DNA of 64,000 bases from Clostridiales bacterium (GCA_015055535.1 SVIA01000005.1:3867-67866); one strand, 5' to 3'. Positions 9,404-19,361 are shown, counted from the stretch's first letter. Numbers and translations are program-made. The notes: generated by a model from the letters alone, not told the origin.

Positions 9404-9476
9404 ATAGCTCCAATAAATGGAATATATTTAGTTGTTTTTGTTTTTTTTAATAATACGATTTTAGGCGTTGAAATTT

Positions 9477-9517
9477 CCTTACCAAGGCAGTGCGCTACCG
9501 ACTGTGCCACATCAGCA
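9477..9517 (-). pseudogene. Orphan copy of the 5' half of tRNA-Thr (positions -1 to ~40)
   Basis: 41 bp identical to 9364-9404 except one G>A change (tRNA C28>T). No 3' half follows it. Confidence 0.8.
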
Positions 9518-9810
9518 TGTGGGGCATAAAGCCCCTTTACTAATTAAAGTTGCATAATTTTTACCTCCTTAAATTAGGGTTTTATTTATTTGACTTTTCC
9601 TTGTCAAAATATTGTTTGAGTTTATTGAGTTTAAATTATAAATTAATTGTTAGTTAAAATTTATATTAATTTGTATTATGTTTGATATCATAATTTATAA
9701 CTTTATTGAAACTAAATTTAAAAATAAATTTTTTATAATATTTTTCTTTGTTCTTGCTAGCTCTTGTATAAAGAAAAACGTTAGTATTTTTTTATTTTTA
9801 CTAATATAAT

Positions 9811-9951
9811 TTACCAATCTTCTCGGCCTTTTGATGGACTTTTTACATCGTCATAATATTCGAAATATTTTTGTTTAAATTTAGCTATTTCTTTTTTCTT
9901 TTTTTCTTTTAATATTTCTTCTTTTGTTTTTGGTTTAATCTCTTTTTTCAT
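9811..9951 (-). CDS. Hypothetical 46-aa Lys/Glu-rich small protein
   Basis: ORF MKKEIKPKTKEEILKEKKKKEIAKFKQKYFEYYDDVKSPSKGREDW, missing from the ORF track because it is too short. It has its own consensus promoter just upstream and no SD. Confidence 0.3.
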   Translation of the reverse strand: MKKEIKPKTKEEILKEKKKKEIAKFKQKYFEYYDDVKSPSKGREDW

Positions 9952-9960
9952 TACGATATT

Positions 9961-9989
9961 AGTATATGTTTTTTTTATGGTTTTGTCAA
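9961..9989 (-). promoter_or_regulatory. Sigma-A-type promoter for the 9951 sORF
   Basis: On the minus strand: TTGACA (9989-9984), 17 nt, TATACT (9966-9961), with the ATG 9 nt downstream. Confidence 0.45.
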
Positions 9990-10045
9990 TATTTTTATTT
10001 TAAGTTATGTATTCATTACTTTAAGTTAAAATGAAAAAATATAAT

Positions 10046-10963
10046 TTATTTTAATCTTAAATCTTTTCCAATTAAATTAAATATTAATGATTGGTTTTTA
10101 TCAATTAATCGACTAAAAAATCTTTCGGTGTATCTAGCTTTTATATCAAGTAATGTTAAATTTGTTGAAAAAACTGTTAGTTTATTGGCTTCTTGTCTTT
10201 CATTTAATATGTGTAGTAAATATTCCAGTGTTACATTTTTATATATATTTTCAGTTCCCAAATCGTCTATAACTAAAATATCGGGATTTAAAAATTTATC
10301 TAAGTTTTTATTTTTGTCAAAGTTTGTGTGATATGTTAAAAGTTCGTTATTTAAATTAAAGCAAGGTATGTATAAGCCAAAGTTATCATTTACAATATAG
10401 GTTTTAAGAAGAGATTTGGCAATAAAAGATTTGCCTGTTCCAGTTTGTCCAGAAAGAAGGATAGTGTTTTTTGCTTGTTGATTAAAATTACTTTGTAAAA
10501 TTTTAATTAAATTTTTAATTTCAACCTCGTTTGAGTAGACTTTTGTGTTTATTTTGTCTAATACGGGATATTCATTTAAGTTAGTTTCTGAGTATGATAA
10601 AAGTCTGTTTATATATTTAGTTTTTAAACAGTCGCATAATTTATCGTTAACAAAGCCTAAATCTTTACAATGTTTGCAATTAAAGTTAGGGGATAGTTTT
10701 GATGTATCTACATTATATTCTTTTAAAAGTTTTATTAAATTTATTTTTGTTTGTTTGATTTCTTGATCTATATTAGTTGTTAAACATCCGCTAATTGACA
10801 ATTTTGCTTTTTCAATTTTAAGTTCACCAAGTTTATTAACAAGAGGTAAAACGCCATCTAAAAAGTATAGATTGCGTAAATTGTTTTTACTTTCTAATAT
10901 TTTAACAAGTCTGTCGTTCTTTTGTTCTTGAACAACTTGAGAAAAAATCTCACTTTTAGTCAT
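10046..10963 (-). CDS. dnaI: Primosomal helicase loader DnaI (DnaC/IstB-like AAA+)
   Basis: Walker A GQTGTGKS, Walker B LVIDDLGTE and an N-terminal Cys cluster CKHCKDLGF..CDC. Overlaps the upstream DnaD-domain gene as in Firmicutes dnaB-dnaI operons. Confidence 0.75.
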   Translation of the reverse strand: MTKSEIFSQVVQEQKNDRLVKILESKNNLRNLYFLDGVLPLVNKLGELKIEKAKLSISGCLTTNIDQEIKQTKINLIKLLKEYNVDTSKLSPNFNCKHCKDLGFVNDKLCDCLKTKYINRLLSYSETNLNEYPVLDKINTKVYSNEVEIKNLIKILQSNFNQQAKNTILLSGQTGTGKSFIAKSLLKTYIVNDNFGLYIPCFNLNNELLTYHTNFDKNKNLDKFLNPDILVIDDLGTENIYKNVTLEYLLHILNERQEANKLTVFSTNLTLLDIKARYTERFFSRLIDKNQSLIFNLIGKDLRLK

Positions 10964-12404
10964 TTAAATTTGTCTCCTTTAAGTTAATAAATAAGTCATT
11001 TAAATCGTCTTCGCTAAAGCTTCGGGTATTCATTTGTAAATTGTCATTATTTTGTTTTGTTGAGTTTGCTGTAATGTTAATTGAAGCTTTGTTTGCATCT
11101 TCAACAGTTTTAATATTATTATCATTAAAATTTTGTAAAATTTTAATTAAATATTTCCATGGTTCTACTTTGCCATTTGAAAGATTAATTGCATATTCTA
11201 AAAGCTCTTGTGAAATTTTATTATTTATAAATGAATTATATAATTCTCTATCTCTATTAGTTACAACAGTATTTAAGTTTAACTTTTTAAATATATTTAG
11301 AATTTTTTCATCTGTTTGTTTATTTTCTTTTGTAAATTTGGCAAAACTTTCAACGCCTACAACTTCATTTGAGTAAAGGTTTTCTATAAAATTATTCATT
11401 TTTTCTAATGTATTTAAGCCATTTTTAAAACAATATGTTGCAATTGAATAAAGTGTTTCATCTGAGTAGCCTTTAGTTAACCAATCGTTTAAGTAATTAT
11501 CTATAAATGGGTCTAAATTTTCTAGGAAAATTCCAAGTTTTGTACAAATTGTTTTAGCAACCGTTTTTAAATGAGTTTGTACGCTTTCGTAACTTGTAAT
11601 TTCATCGTAAGATAAAAATTGCATAGAATGGTATTTTGTTAATTTATTATCAAGAGCTTTCATGCCACCTTTTTTCTTTAGTGTTTCAGCAACTTCAATA
11701 ATAGTTTTATCACTAAAGAAAAATACTTTTGTCCACTTAATATATAAATCTCGTTCATCTAATGTAGCATTTCTTTTAATTCCTAAAACTTTAAAGATAT
11801 CTTGTATTTTTCCGCTTGTTCTTTCTATTTCGATAATTTTTTCTTCAACTTTTTTAGCTGTATATATTTTTTCGCCAATAAAGTTTTTACAAACAGCTAA
11901 AATGTAGTTTGCGTTAGCACCTTTTTCTTTTGTTTGAGAACAATATTTTATAATCATTAAAAGTGCTTCTGGTTCTAAATGATAATTTTCTATTAAGTCT
12001 ACATAACTTTTAAATTCACTTGTAGTTAATTCATGAGTTAATTGCCCTTGACAAAGAACATATAAATCACCATATTTGCCTTCATCAATAGGTTTAAATT
12101 TTGTAGTTTTATTATCTAGTGTTAAATATATTACTTGAAGTTCGTCTAAATTTGATATTTTAACCAAATTTTCTTTTTCTAGTTCAGTATAGGCTTCTTT
12201 AATTTCATCTGCTGATAAATTAAGTGTTTTAGTAAAGTTTGCTATTGTGTTTATATCACTATCTAAAGTAGAGTAATAAAGCCCAAGCAAATAAACTTTA
12301 ATTGCTTGTTCTGTTAAACTTGGCATGTAGTCAGTAATAAAAGAGCTATTTAATAAAATATAACTTGTTTTTTTAAAATCTTCAGATAGTTTTATAAACG
12401 CCAT
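10956..12404 (-). CDS. dnaB: Replication initiation/membrane attachment protein (Bacillus-type DnaB, DnaD-domain; not the helicase)
   Basis: 482 aa, with the size and position upstream of dnaI typical of this gene. Repeated DnaD-like helical regions; assignment rests on synteny and composition. Confidence 0.6.
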   Translation of the reverse strand: MAFIKLSEDFKKTSYILLNSSFITDYMPSLTEQAIKVYLLGLYYSTLDSDINTIANFTKTLNLSADEIKEAYTELEKENLVKISNLDELQVIYLTLDNKTTKFKPIDEGKYGDLYVLCQGQLTHELTTSEFKSYVDLIENYHLEPEALLMIIKYCSQTKEKGANANYILAVCKNFIGEKIYTAKKVEEKIIEIERTSGKIQDIFKVLGIKRNATLDERDLYIKWTKVFFFSDKTIIEVAETLKKKGGMKALDNKLTKYHSMQFLSYDEITSYESVQTHLKTVAKTICTKLGIFLENLDPFIDNYLNDWLTKGYSDETLYSIATYCFKNGLNTLEKMNNFIENLYSNEVVGVESFAKFTKENKQTDEKILNIFKKLNLNTVVTNRDRELYNSFINNKISQELLEYAINLSNGKVEPWKYLIKILQNFNDNNIKTVEDANKASINITANSTKQNNDNLQMNTRSFSEDDLNDLFINLKETNLND

Positions 12405-12549
12405 AAATTTCTCCTTAAAGTAAAAAGTTTAAATATTATATAACGAAATAAAAATTTTTTCAATTTAATATGACAAAATTTTTTAAATTAGTATTTTTTG
12501 TTAATTTTTTATCATATATTTTTTTATCTAACAATAAAAGGAATTTTTT

Positions 12550-14055
12550 ATGAATAAAAAACTTAGTAAAATTTTAATTAGCGTTTTGTTATTAATATTT
12601 ATTCTTCCAATTTTTTCTTCTTGTACTAGTACAAGCTTAGTTACAAAATTATCAAACAATAAAAATGAGTATGAAATAAAAGTCGATATAGATTGTGAGA
12701 ATAAAGCGGCTATGGTTTATCAGAAAACTAAATATATAAATAGAACAAGTGATGTAGCATTAGATAATGTATATTTTCATATTTTCCCCAAAGCATTTAG
12801 TGAAGGAGTAATAAATAAACCTGTTAGTAGTTTAAATACAAAGAAAGCTTATCCGAATGGAGAAAGTTATGGTGAAGTTGATATTAACAAAGTGTATGTA
12901 AATGGAGTAGATGCAGAAACTGAATATTTAAATGTTGATAAAGATATCTTAGTTGTTAATTTAAATGAAAAATTGCTTCCAAATAAAAGCGTTTATGTAG
13001 AATTTCAATATTATTTAAAACTGCCAAACATTTTACATAGATATGGTTATGGAAATAATACAATAAATTTAGGTAATTTTTATTTAATAGCTTGTGTGTA
13101 TGATAAAAATGAAGGTTTCTATTCTAATTCTTATCATTACAACGGGGATCCTTTTTATAGTGATATGGCAAATTATAGTGTAGAAGTTAGCTATGATAAA
13201 AATTATGTTTTAGCAACAACTGGTTATAAAATAAGTGAACTATTACAAGACGATAAAAAAATAGATACTATAAAAGCCGAAGGGGTTAGAGATTTTGCCT
13301 TAATATTAAGTGATAAATTTAAAGTGATTTCAGAACATTACAACGATACTATTGTTAATTATTACTACTTTGATGATAAAAACCCAGAGAAAAGTTTAAA
13401 AGCAAGTGTAGATTCTTTAAAGACCTTTAGCGAACTTTATAGAGAATATCCTTATAAAACTTTAAGCGTTTGCGAAAGTGATTTTGTTTATGGCGGAATG
13501 GAGTATCCAAATTTGGTTTTTATTTCAACAACTCAAGAAAATTATGATGATTATATTTATACCATAGTTCATGAAATTGCCCATCAGTGGTGGTATAATA
13601 TGGTTGGAAATAATGAATATAAATATGGCTTTTTAGATGAAGGATTAACCGAATATTCAACATATTTATTTTACGAACAAAACCTTGAATACAACATGGA
13701 TACAAGAGAGATGATAAAAAATACAACTAATAGTTATTTACTTTTTATTGATGTTTATGAAGAAGTTTTTGGAAAAGTAGATACAAGTATGCTTAGAAGT
13801 TTAAATGAATATAACACAGAGCCAGAATATATTTATATGGTATACGTTAAAGGAGTTTTAATGTATGATAATTTGCGTGAAATTATAGGTCATAATAAAT
13901 TTATAAAAGCATTAAAGTATTATTTCAATCAAAACGTTGGGGAAAATGCCACTCCAGAAGATTTAATTTATGCTTTTAATAAAACATGCGGAAGAGATTT
14001 TGAAAGTTATTTTAACAACTGGTTTAATGGAAATGTAGTTATAGAAAGTTTATAA
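12550..14055 (+). CDS. M1-family zinc metallopeptidase, lipoprotein
   Basis: HEIAH followed 18 residues later by E (HExxH-x18-E), and a signal peptide with lipobox LPIFSSC. Confidence 0.75.
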   Translation: MNKKLSKILISVLLLIFILPIFSSCTSTSLVTKLSNNKNEYEIKVDIDCENKAAMVYQKTKYINRTSDVALDNVYFHIFPKAFSEGVINKPVSSLNTKKAYPNGESYGEVDINKVYVNGVDAETEYLNVDKDILVVNLNEKLLPNKSVYVEFQYYLKLPNILHRYGYGNNTINLGNFYLIACVYDKNEGFYSNSYHYNGDPFYSDMANYSVEVSYDKNYVLATTGYKISELLQDDKKIDTIKAEGVRDFALILSDKFKVISEHYNDTIVNYYYFDDKNPEKSLKASVDSLKTFSELYREYPYKTLSVCESDFVYGGMEYPNLVFISTTQENYDDYIYTIVHEIAHQWWYNMVGNNEYKYGFLDEGLTEYSTYLFYEQNLEYNMDTREMIKNTTNSYLLFIDVYEEVFGKVDTSMLRSLNEYNTEPEYIYMVYVKGVLMYDNLREIIGHNKFIKALKYYFNQNVGENATPEDLIYAFNKTCGRDFESYFNNWFNGNVVIESL

Positions 14056-14120
14056 TTTTTAAAATTAACTATTGACAAAGCAATGTTTTTTTGTTAACCT
14101 TTTGTACGGAGATTAATGAA

Positions 14121-14630
14121 ATGAAATATAGTGAAATAGAACAAATAGTTAAGCATTATAAACATGGTAATATGGCTAAAATATGTATATTTGCCAATCT
14201 ATATATAGCAGAGTGGCAAAGTGAATTAGAGAGTTCTAAAACAAAAGGCACAATAAGTGGAAAGTTAAATGAAGAAATGTATCTTTTAGGTGAATCAGTT
14301 GAATTTGAAGAAAAATACTTTAGTTTGTTTGCAAATTACATGAGTACAACTGAAAGACAAGATCATTTAAGATTTTATGCTAAAAACGTAAGAAAATTAT
14401 ATAATATGACATATGATACACAAGTTTTAAAAGATGCAAAAAACATGTTGTTAAAAAGTATGAAAGAAGTAAATTATTCTCGATCAGAACTTGGCTTAAT
14501 AGTTAAAAGATTAAAGAGTTATAAAAAAGAGTTGATGGAAGATTGGAATATAAATGAAAAGGTTTTACTAGCAAGCAAAGGATTTGTTGTAAAAAACACA
14601 AAAAATAATGACAAAGAGTTAATAAAGTAA
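14121..14630 (+). CDS. Hypothetical protein
   Basis: Start moved to the ATG at 14121, after GGAG. A promoter-like TTGACA-17-TAACCT lies upstream. No recognisable motifs. Confidence 0.4.
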   Translation: MKYSEIEQIVKHYKHGNMAKICIFANLYIAEWQSELESSKTKGTISGKLNEEMYLLGESVEFEEKYFSLFANYMSTTERQDHLRFYAKNVRKLYNMTYDTQVLKDAKNMLLKSMKEVNYSRSELGLIVKRLKSYKKELMEDWNINEKVLLASKGFVVKNTKNNDKELIK

Positions 14631-14640
14631 AAAACAAAAA

Positions 14641-14668
14641 ATCAATACCTATTTGTATTGATTTTTTT
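14641..14668. terminator. Bidirectional intrinsic terminator between convergent genes
   Basis: ATCAATAC/GTATTGAT stem with an A-run upstream and a T-run downstream. Confidence 0.7.
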
Positions 14669-14669
14669 A

Positions 14670-15827
14670 TTATTTTTTATTGTATTCAAAAAGCAATTTA
14701 TGAATTTTTAATGATTCTTCCATTGAAATAGAATTATCAAAAAAGTTGTCAACTGTTTTAATTTTTCTATTTTTTCTCTCTTTTATTAAATTATTTTTAT
14801 CATAAAAATCTCTTGCGTTAAAAAAGTTATAGTAGTGAGTGTGTAATCGATCTTCTACAGTAAAGACAGATAAATCTTTATAAGAAGTTTCTAATAATTT
14901 CTCTACTTGTTTATTATTTTTGTTTTTTATAAAAAAATTTCTAAATAATTTATCATCTTTTTTATTATCAACCAAATAAATTTTTTGATCAGAATGATGA
15001 ATATAAACTTTAGTGTTGTTTTCAAATTCAATTATAGAACGTTTAAAATTAATTTGTTCTTTCCAATTAACAATAATGTTAATATCTGTATTATTTGCAG
15101 AAAACTTATGGTTTGAATAATATGGTAAATCTGCTTTATTATCAATTTTCCATTTAATTTTACAATATTTTATATCATCTAGTTTTATTAAACTATTAAT
15201 CATACTTAAACAATTAATTCCACAGTCTAACCAAGTGCCTTCTAAAGGGATTTTATCTTTAAGTATATGTTTTTTAGTATTATCACAATAAGGGTCGTTT
15301 ACAATTGTAGTAAATTTTTTAATTTTTCCGAAATTAAAAATTAATTCACTTAGTATGTTTTTTAAATATAAAACTTCAGAGCCATAAGCCCAATGAAACA
15401 TTACTAAAAATAAAGAGTTGTTTTTTCTGGCTATTTTATATAAATTATCAAGTTCGGCATAAGTAATGGTAGCCGGTTTTTCAATTAATACATTTATTCC
15501 ACTTTTTAAACAATATTTAGCTATTTCATAATGTGTTTTTGGTGGAGTAGCAATTAAAATTGTATTTAAATTTAATTTTTCTTTATCTTTAATTAATTGT
15601 GTATAGTTAACATATTTTTCTATGTTTAATTTAACGCTGTCCAATTTATTTTTATCTTTGTCGCATACGGCAACAATATTAAAAACATTACTGCTTTGTA
15701 AACCGTTTAAATATTTATCAAATATTGTGCCTGTGCCAATAATAGCTAAACCATTATTAATTTTTTCCATGTGGTTATTATAAAATAAAAAAGATAAAAA
15801 GTAAACAGTTTGTTTGTTATTCGGCAT
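14670..15827 (-). CDS. Gfo/Idh/MocA-family NAD(P)-dependent oxidoreductase
   Basis: N-terminal Rossmann GLAIIGTGTIFDKY and a VLIEKP motif. The true start may be the internal Met at 15770 (MEKINNG). Confidence 0.6.
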   Translation of the reverse strand: MPNNKQTVYFLSFLFYNNHMEKINNGLAIIGTGTIFDKYLNGLQSSNVFNIVAVCDKDKNKLDSVKLNIEKYVNYTQLIKDKEKLNLNTILIATPPKTHYEIAKYCLKSGINVLIEKPATITYAELDNLYKIARKNNSLFLVMFHWAYGSEVLYLKNILSELIFNFGKIKKFTTIVNDPYCDNTKKHILKDKIPLEGTWLDCGINCLSMINSLIKLDDIKYCKIKWKIDNKADLPYYSNHKFSANNTDINIIVNWKEQINFKRSIIEFENNTKVYIHHSDQKIYLVDNKKDDKLFRNFFIKNKNNKQVEKLLETSYKDLSVFTVEDRLHTHYYNFFNARDFYDKNNLIKERKNRKIKTVDNFFDNSISMEESLKIHKLLFEYNKK

Positions 15828-15928
15828 AATAATTAAATAAAATAAAAAAAAGCGATATTTTACTTTGGATTTTTTTATTTTTGGTGTAATATTTTTATAT
15901 CTAATAATTATTTTTGGGAGGGAAAGTA

Positions 15929-18900
15929 ATGAAAGAAAAAGAAAAATTAACGGAAGAAAAAAAGAAATTTCCTTTTGCCGGACTAAAAAAGGGTGTCGCA
16001 GGTGCGGTTTTAGGAGTTTCTCTTTTAGCGTGTTCGGCTGGGTTACTTTCTGGTTGTAGTGCTGGTAAAGATGGATCTACTTGGCATTCTGGCACAGAAA
16101 ACCCTATTACAACTCAACTAGAAGGAAAAGTGGGAGATTTTTATTTAGATGAAGATGATTTTGATATCTATAAATATACTTCTACAGGTTGGAGTTTAAT
16201 AGGAAACATTAAAGGCGCTACTGGTCAACCTGGACAACCTGGTCAACCTGGACAACCGGGTGCAACTGGAGCTACTGGTCAACCTGGTCAAGATGGTCAA
16301 GCTGGTCAAGATGGTGATGTAGTTGTGTTTAGAAAAACTGCAACAAGTATTGAATGGAAGTATTCAAAAGAAGCTGATTCTGAATACAGAACTTTGGTAA
16401 ATTTATCTGAAATTACAGGACAACCTGGACAAACAGGACAAACAGGACAAACAGGACAACCTGGACAAAACGGAGATAGTGTTGTATTTAGAGTAGAAAA
16501 TGGATATATTCAATGGAAATACTCAAAAGCAGAAGATTCAACTTACGTAAATTTAGTTAGTTTACAAACATTAACTGGTGAAAAAGGTGATGCTGGTAAA
16601 AAAGTTGAAATAACGGCAGATACTGAGTACATAAAATGGCGTTATGAAGGCGATAGTGAATATACAAATTTAGTTGATTTATCGTCTTTGAAAGGTTTAG
16701 AGGGAAAATCTGCTTATGAAATTGCGAAAGAAGCAGGATTTGATGGTGATGTAACAACATGGTTAGAATCACTAAAAGGTGAAAAAGGTAATGATGGTGA
16801 TACTATTGTATTACGTGTTACGGATGTTGCTATTGAATGGAAATATTCAAAACAAGCTGATACAGAATATCAAGAATTAATTTTATTGTCTGAAATTGCT
16901 GGTCAAGATGGTCAAGCAGGCCAAAATGGAGATAGCGTTGTATTTAGAGTAGAAAGTGGATACATTCAATGGAAATACTCAAAAGCAGAAGATTCAACTT
17001 ACGTAAATTTAGTTAGTTTAGAAGCTTTAACTGGCGAAAAAGGTAATGATGGTAAAAAAGTTGAAATAACAGCCGATACTGAATTTATTAAATGGCGTTA
17101 TGAAGGCGAAACAGAATACACTAATTTAATTGAAATTGCTTCACTTAAAGGTGAAAATGGAAAATCGGCTTACGAAATTGCAAAAGAAGCAGGATTTGAA
17201 GGTAGTAAAGAAGCATGGCTTGAATCACTTAAAGGCGTAAGTATAACAAAAGTAGAAATAAAATATGAAGTAGATAATTACGGTGTAGAATATTCGGTGT
17301 ACACAATTCATTTTAGTGATGGATCTAAAGATATTATTAAAGTTGAAATGCCAAAAAGAGTAGATTATATTTCTTATGAGGGGGAATATAAACTATTAAT
17401 GTGTGAAGAAGGTAGTGAACCTACTTTAAAACTTAGAGTTTATTTTGAAGATGGAACAAATGAAGAAGTTGATATTACTGATGATATGTTTATTACAGAT
17501 GAAGGTTATGATAAAATCGACTTCCAAACAATTGGAAATTATTATACAAAAATTATGTATCAAGGAAAAGTAACTTATCATACTTTTGAAGTTGTAGATC
17601 CTAACGATAATACAGTTGAATATGTTAATTTAAACTATTCAAACATTGTTTTAAAGCACGATGGGTTAACTTTAGTTACAAATAATTTTAATGGATTAAA
17701 TTTAAGTTATTCATGTGTAAATGGAGAATACGGTAACGTAAATTTAAATGATAATGATGTTACTGTAGACACTTCTAACTTTACATCTGTTGGAGTTCCT
17801 TTTGATGCAACAGTTTCTTATAGAGGTGCTAGTACTAATTTAACAATATTACCTGTTGATGATTTATCTCAATTAACAATCGTTAATGCATATTATTCTG
17901 GAAATACTGGATATAGAAATTGTGTAATAAATGAAAATCCTTTTAACGAAACAGAATGTTTAATTTTCAATGTTTCTCATAGTGAATTAAATTATACATA
18001 TTTTATGCCAGCTACTGCTGATTTATTAATTGATAGTAGTAATAATGTCTTTAATAATACTGTAGAATCAGAAACGACTCAATATTATTTTGATAGTTCA
18101 AAAACATTGGGTTATACTATAAATGATACATTTAACATTGCTGTTTACGACCCAGCTTTGGCAACAATAATGGCTGTTGTTGGTAGTGGTGAATTTAAAG
18201 CAGGCACTGCAAGTATGGCTGACGTTAGTTATTATGCATATATGAATTCAGAGGTTGCGGGTAACGTATCAGTTGCATTAAATTATAGTGATATAACCGT
18301 TACAAGTGGATCAGTAGATTTCAATACAATGGGCACATATTATGTAAACATTTCTTATAAAGATACACAAGGAAGTGTTCAAGTTAAAATTTATGACCCA
18401 GAAGTATGTAATATAAGAGGAATAAGTTTAGATGGTAATGCTTATGATTTACAAATAGATGTAAATGCAACACCAACTGAAGTAAGTGAATATATTGCAA
18501 GTGTATTTGATGATATGGACGCAACAGTATATTATTATGAAAATGTTAATGGAAAAAGTTATAAAGACATTACTATAAGTAGTTCTGACATAGATTATTC
18601 TACATTAGATACATCAATTGTAGGTCCACAAAACATTTATCTTGTTTATTCATTAGATGGTCAAACCGGTGAATACAGAGACGCAATTGTAATTACTGTT
18701 GTTGTAAATATGGAAGAAGCTACATTATTAAATGAATATACTGCTATTAATAATTTAAGTATGTGGTATACTAGCGTAGTAACTTATGATAATGGTTATG
18801 CTATAATGAATAGCAATATGATGGACAGTTGCACTACAAGTTATACTATAGAAGGTAATTTATTTAAATATTATGATGTTAATATGGGTGGTTATGGATA

Positions 18901-19228
18901 TTTTGAATTAGTTGCTCAAGAGTCAGATACTTATAATTCTCTAGATATTTATACTCCAGCTGGTACATTAGAAAAACCTGCTTCAATTCAAGAAACTTAT
19001 TCAGCCGTTATAGATTTTGCAGGTCAACCAATGCCAGTAGAATTTTTAGTGTATGGAGATGAAGATTATACTGGAAATGGTGAATATTTTGCTCAAGTAA
19101 ATGTTAATGGCTTTGGTGTATTCTCTACAATTAAAGTTAATATTGATAGTGATGCAAACACTTTAACATCTATGGGTAAAACATTTAATATTGGTAATGA
19201 TAATTCTTTAACAGAAGTTACAGAATAA
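15929..19228 (+). CDS. Collagen-like repeat surface lipoprotein with repeated ~40-aa modules and C-terminal Ig-like repeats
   Basis: Start at the ATG at 15929, after GGGAGGG. Lipobox LLACSAG/LSGCSAG. GXY tracts (GQPGQPGQPGQPGATGATGQPGQDGQAGQDG). Repeated xVVFRxxxxxIxWKYSK modules and KSAYEIAKEAGFxGxxxxWLESLKG motifs known from phage-tail-fibre-like/collagen-like Firmicutes proteins. Confidence 0.75.
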   Translation: MKEKEKLTEEKKKFPFAGLKKGVAGAVLGVSLLACSAGLLSGCSAGKDGSTWHSGTENPITTQLEGKVGDFYLDEDDFDIYKYTSTGWSLIGNIKGATGQPGQPGQPGQPGATGATGQPGQDGQAGQDGDVVVFRKTATSIEWKYSKEADSEYRTLVNLSEITGQPGQTGQTGQTGQPGQNGDSVVFRVENGYIQWKYSKAEDSTYVNLVSLQTLTGEKGDAGKKVEITADTEYIKWRYEGDSEYTNLVDLSSLKGLEGKSAYEIAKEAGFDGDVTTWLESLKGEKGNDGDTIVLRVTDVAIEWKYSKQADTEYQELILLSEIAGQDGQAGQNGDSVVFRVESGYIQWKYSKAEDSTYVNLVSLEALTGEKGNDGKKVEITADTEFIKWRYEGETEYTNLIEIASLKGENGKSAYEIAKEAGFEGSKEAWLESLKGVSITKVEIKYEVDNYGVEYSVYTIHFSDGSKDIIKVEMPKRVDYISYEGEYKLLMCEEGSEPTLKLRVYFEDGTNEEVDITDDMFITDEGYDKIDFQTIGNYYTKIMYQGKVTYHTFEVVDPNDNTVEYVNLNYSNIVLKHDGLTLVTNNFNGLNLSYSCVNGEYGNVNLNDNDVTVDTSNFTSVGVPFDATVSYRGASTNLTILPVDDLSQLTIVNAYYSGNTGYRNCVINENPFNETECLIFNVSHSELNYTYFMPATADLLIDSSNNVFNNTVESETTQYYFDSSKTLGYTINDTFNIAVYDPALATIMAVVGSGEFKAGTASMADVSYYAYMNSEVAGNVSVALNYSDITVTSGSVDFNTMGTYYVNISYKDTQGSVQVKIYDPEVCNIRGISLDGNAYDLQIDVNATPTEVSEYIASVFDDMDATVYYYENVNGKSYKDITISSSDIDYSTLDTSIVGPQNIYLVYSLDGQTGEYRDAIVITVVVNMEEATLLNEYTAINNLSMWYTSVVTYDNGYAIMNSNMMDSCTTSYTIEGNLFKYYDVNMGGYGYFELVAQESDTYNSLDIYTPAGTLEKPASIQETYSAVIDFAGQPMPVEFLVYGDEDYTGNGEYFAQVNVNGFGVFSTIKVNIDSDANTLTSMGKTFNIGNDNSLTEVTE
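16214..16475 (+). repeat. Collagen-like GXY triplet tracts (nucleotide-level GGT/GGA CAA CCT/ACA/GAT repeats)
   Basis: In-frame runs at 16214-16315 and 16418-16475, plus a shorter one near 16899-16930. Confidence 0.85.
16472..17246 (+). repeat. Internal direct duplication, ~320 bp copies offset by 456 bp
   Basis: 16472-~16790 and 16928-~17246 align with high nucleotide identity, e.g. ggagatag(t/c)gttgtatttagagtagaaa. Confidence 0.8.
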
Positions 19229-19361
19229 TTTATGAACAAAAAATAGGGAGATGAAAAAATCTTCCTATTTTTATATATTTAATAAAAACAGTTTTAAATT
19301 TAAATGCAAACTAAGATAACCGCATATTACATAAAATTATGTTTGTGTGAAAAGTTTTTAT

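Noticed and set aside
9544-9570. Strong SD + ATG on the minus strand as a real gene
   Set aside because: The ORF is only 3 codons long (ATG CAA CTT TAA). It is treated as a remnant or scar rather than a gene (see the tRNA-fragment finding).
15865-16095. Two 64-aa ORFs (plus and minus strand) at the 5' end of the collagen-like gene
   Set aside because: They overlap the RBS and signal-peptide region of the 1100-aa gene in other frames and have no RBS. They are chance ORFs in a locally GC-richer stretch.
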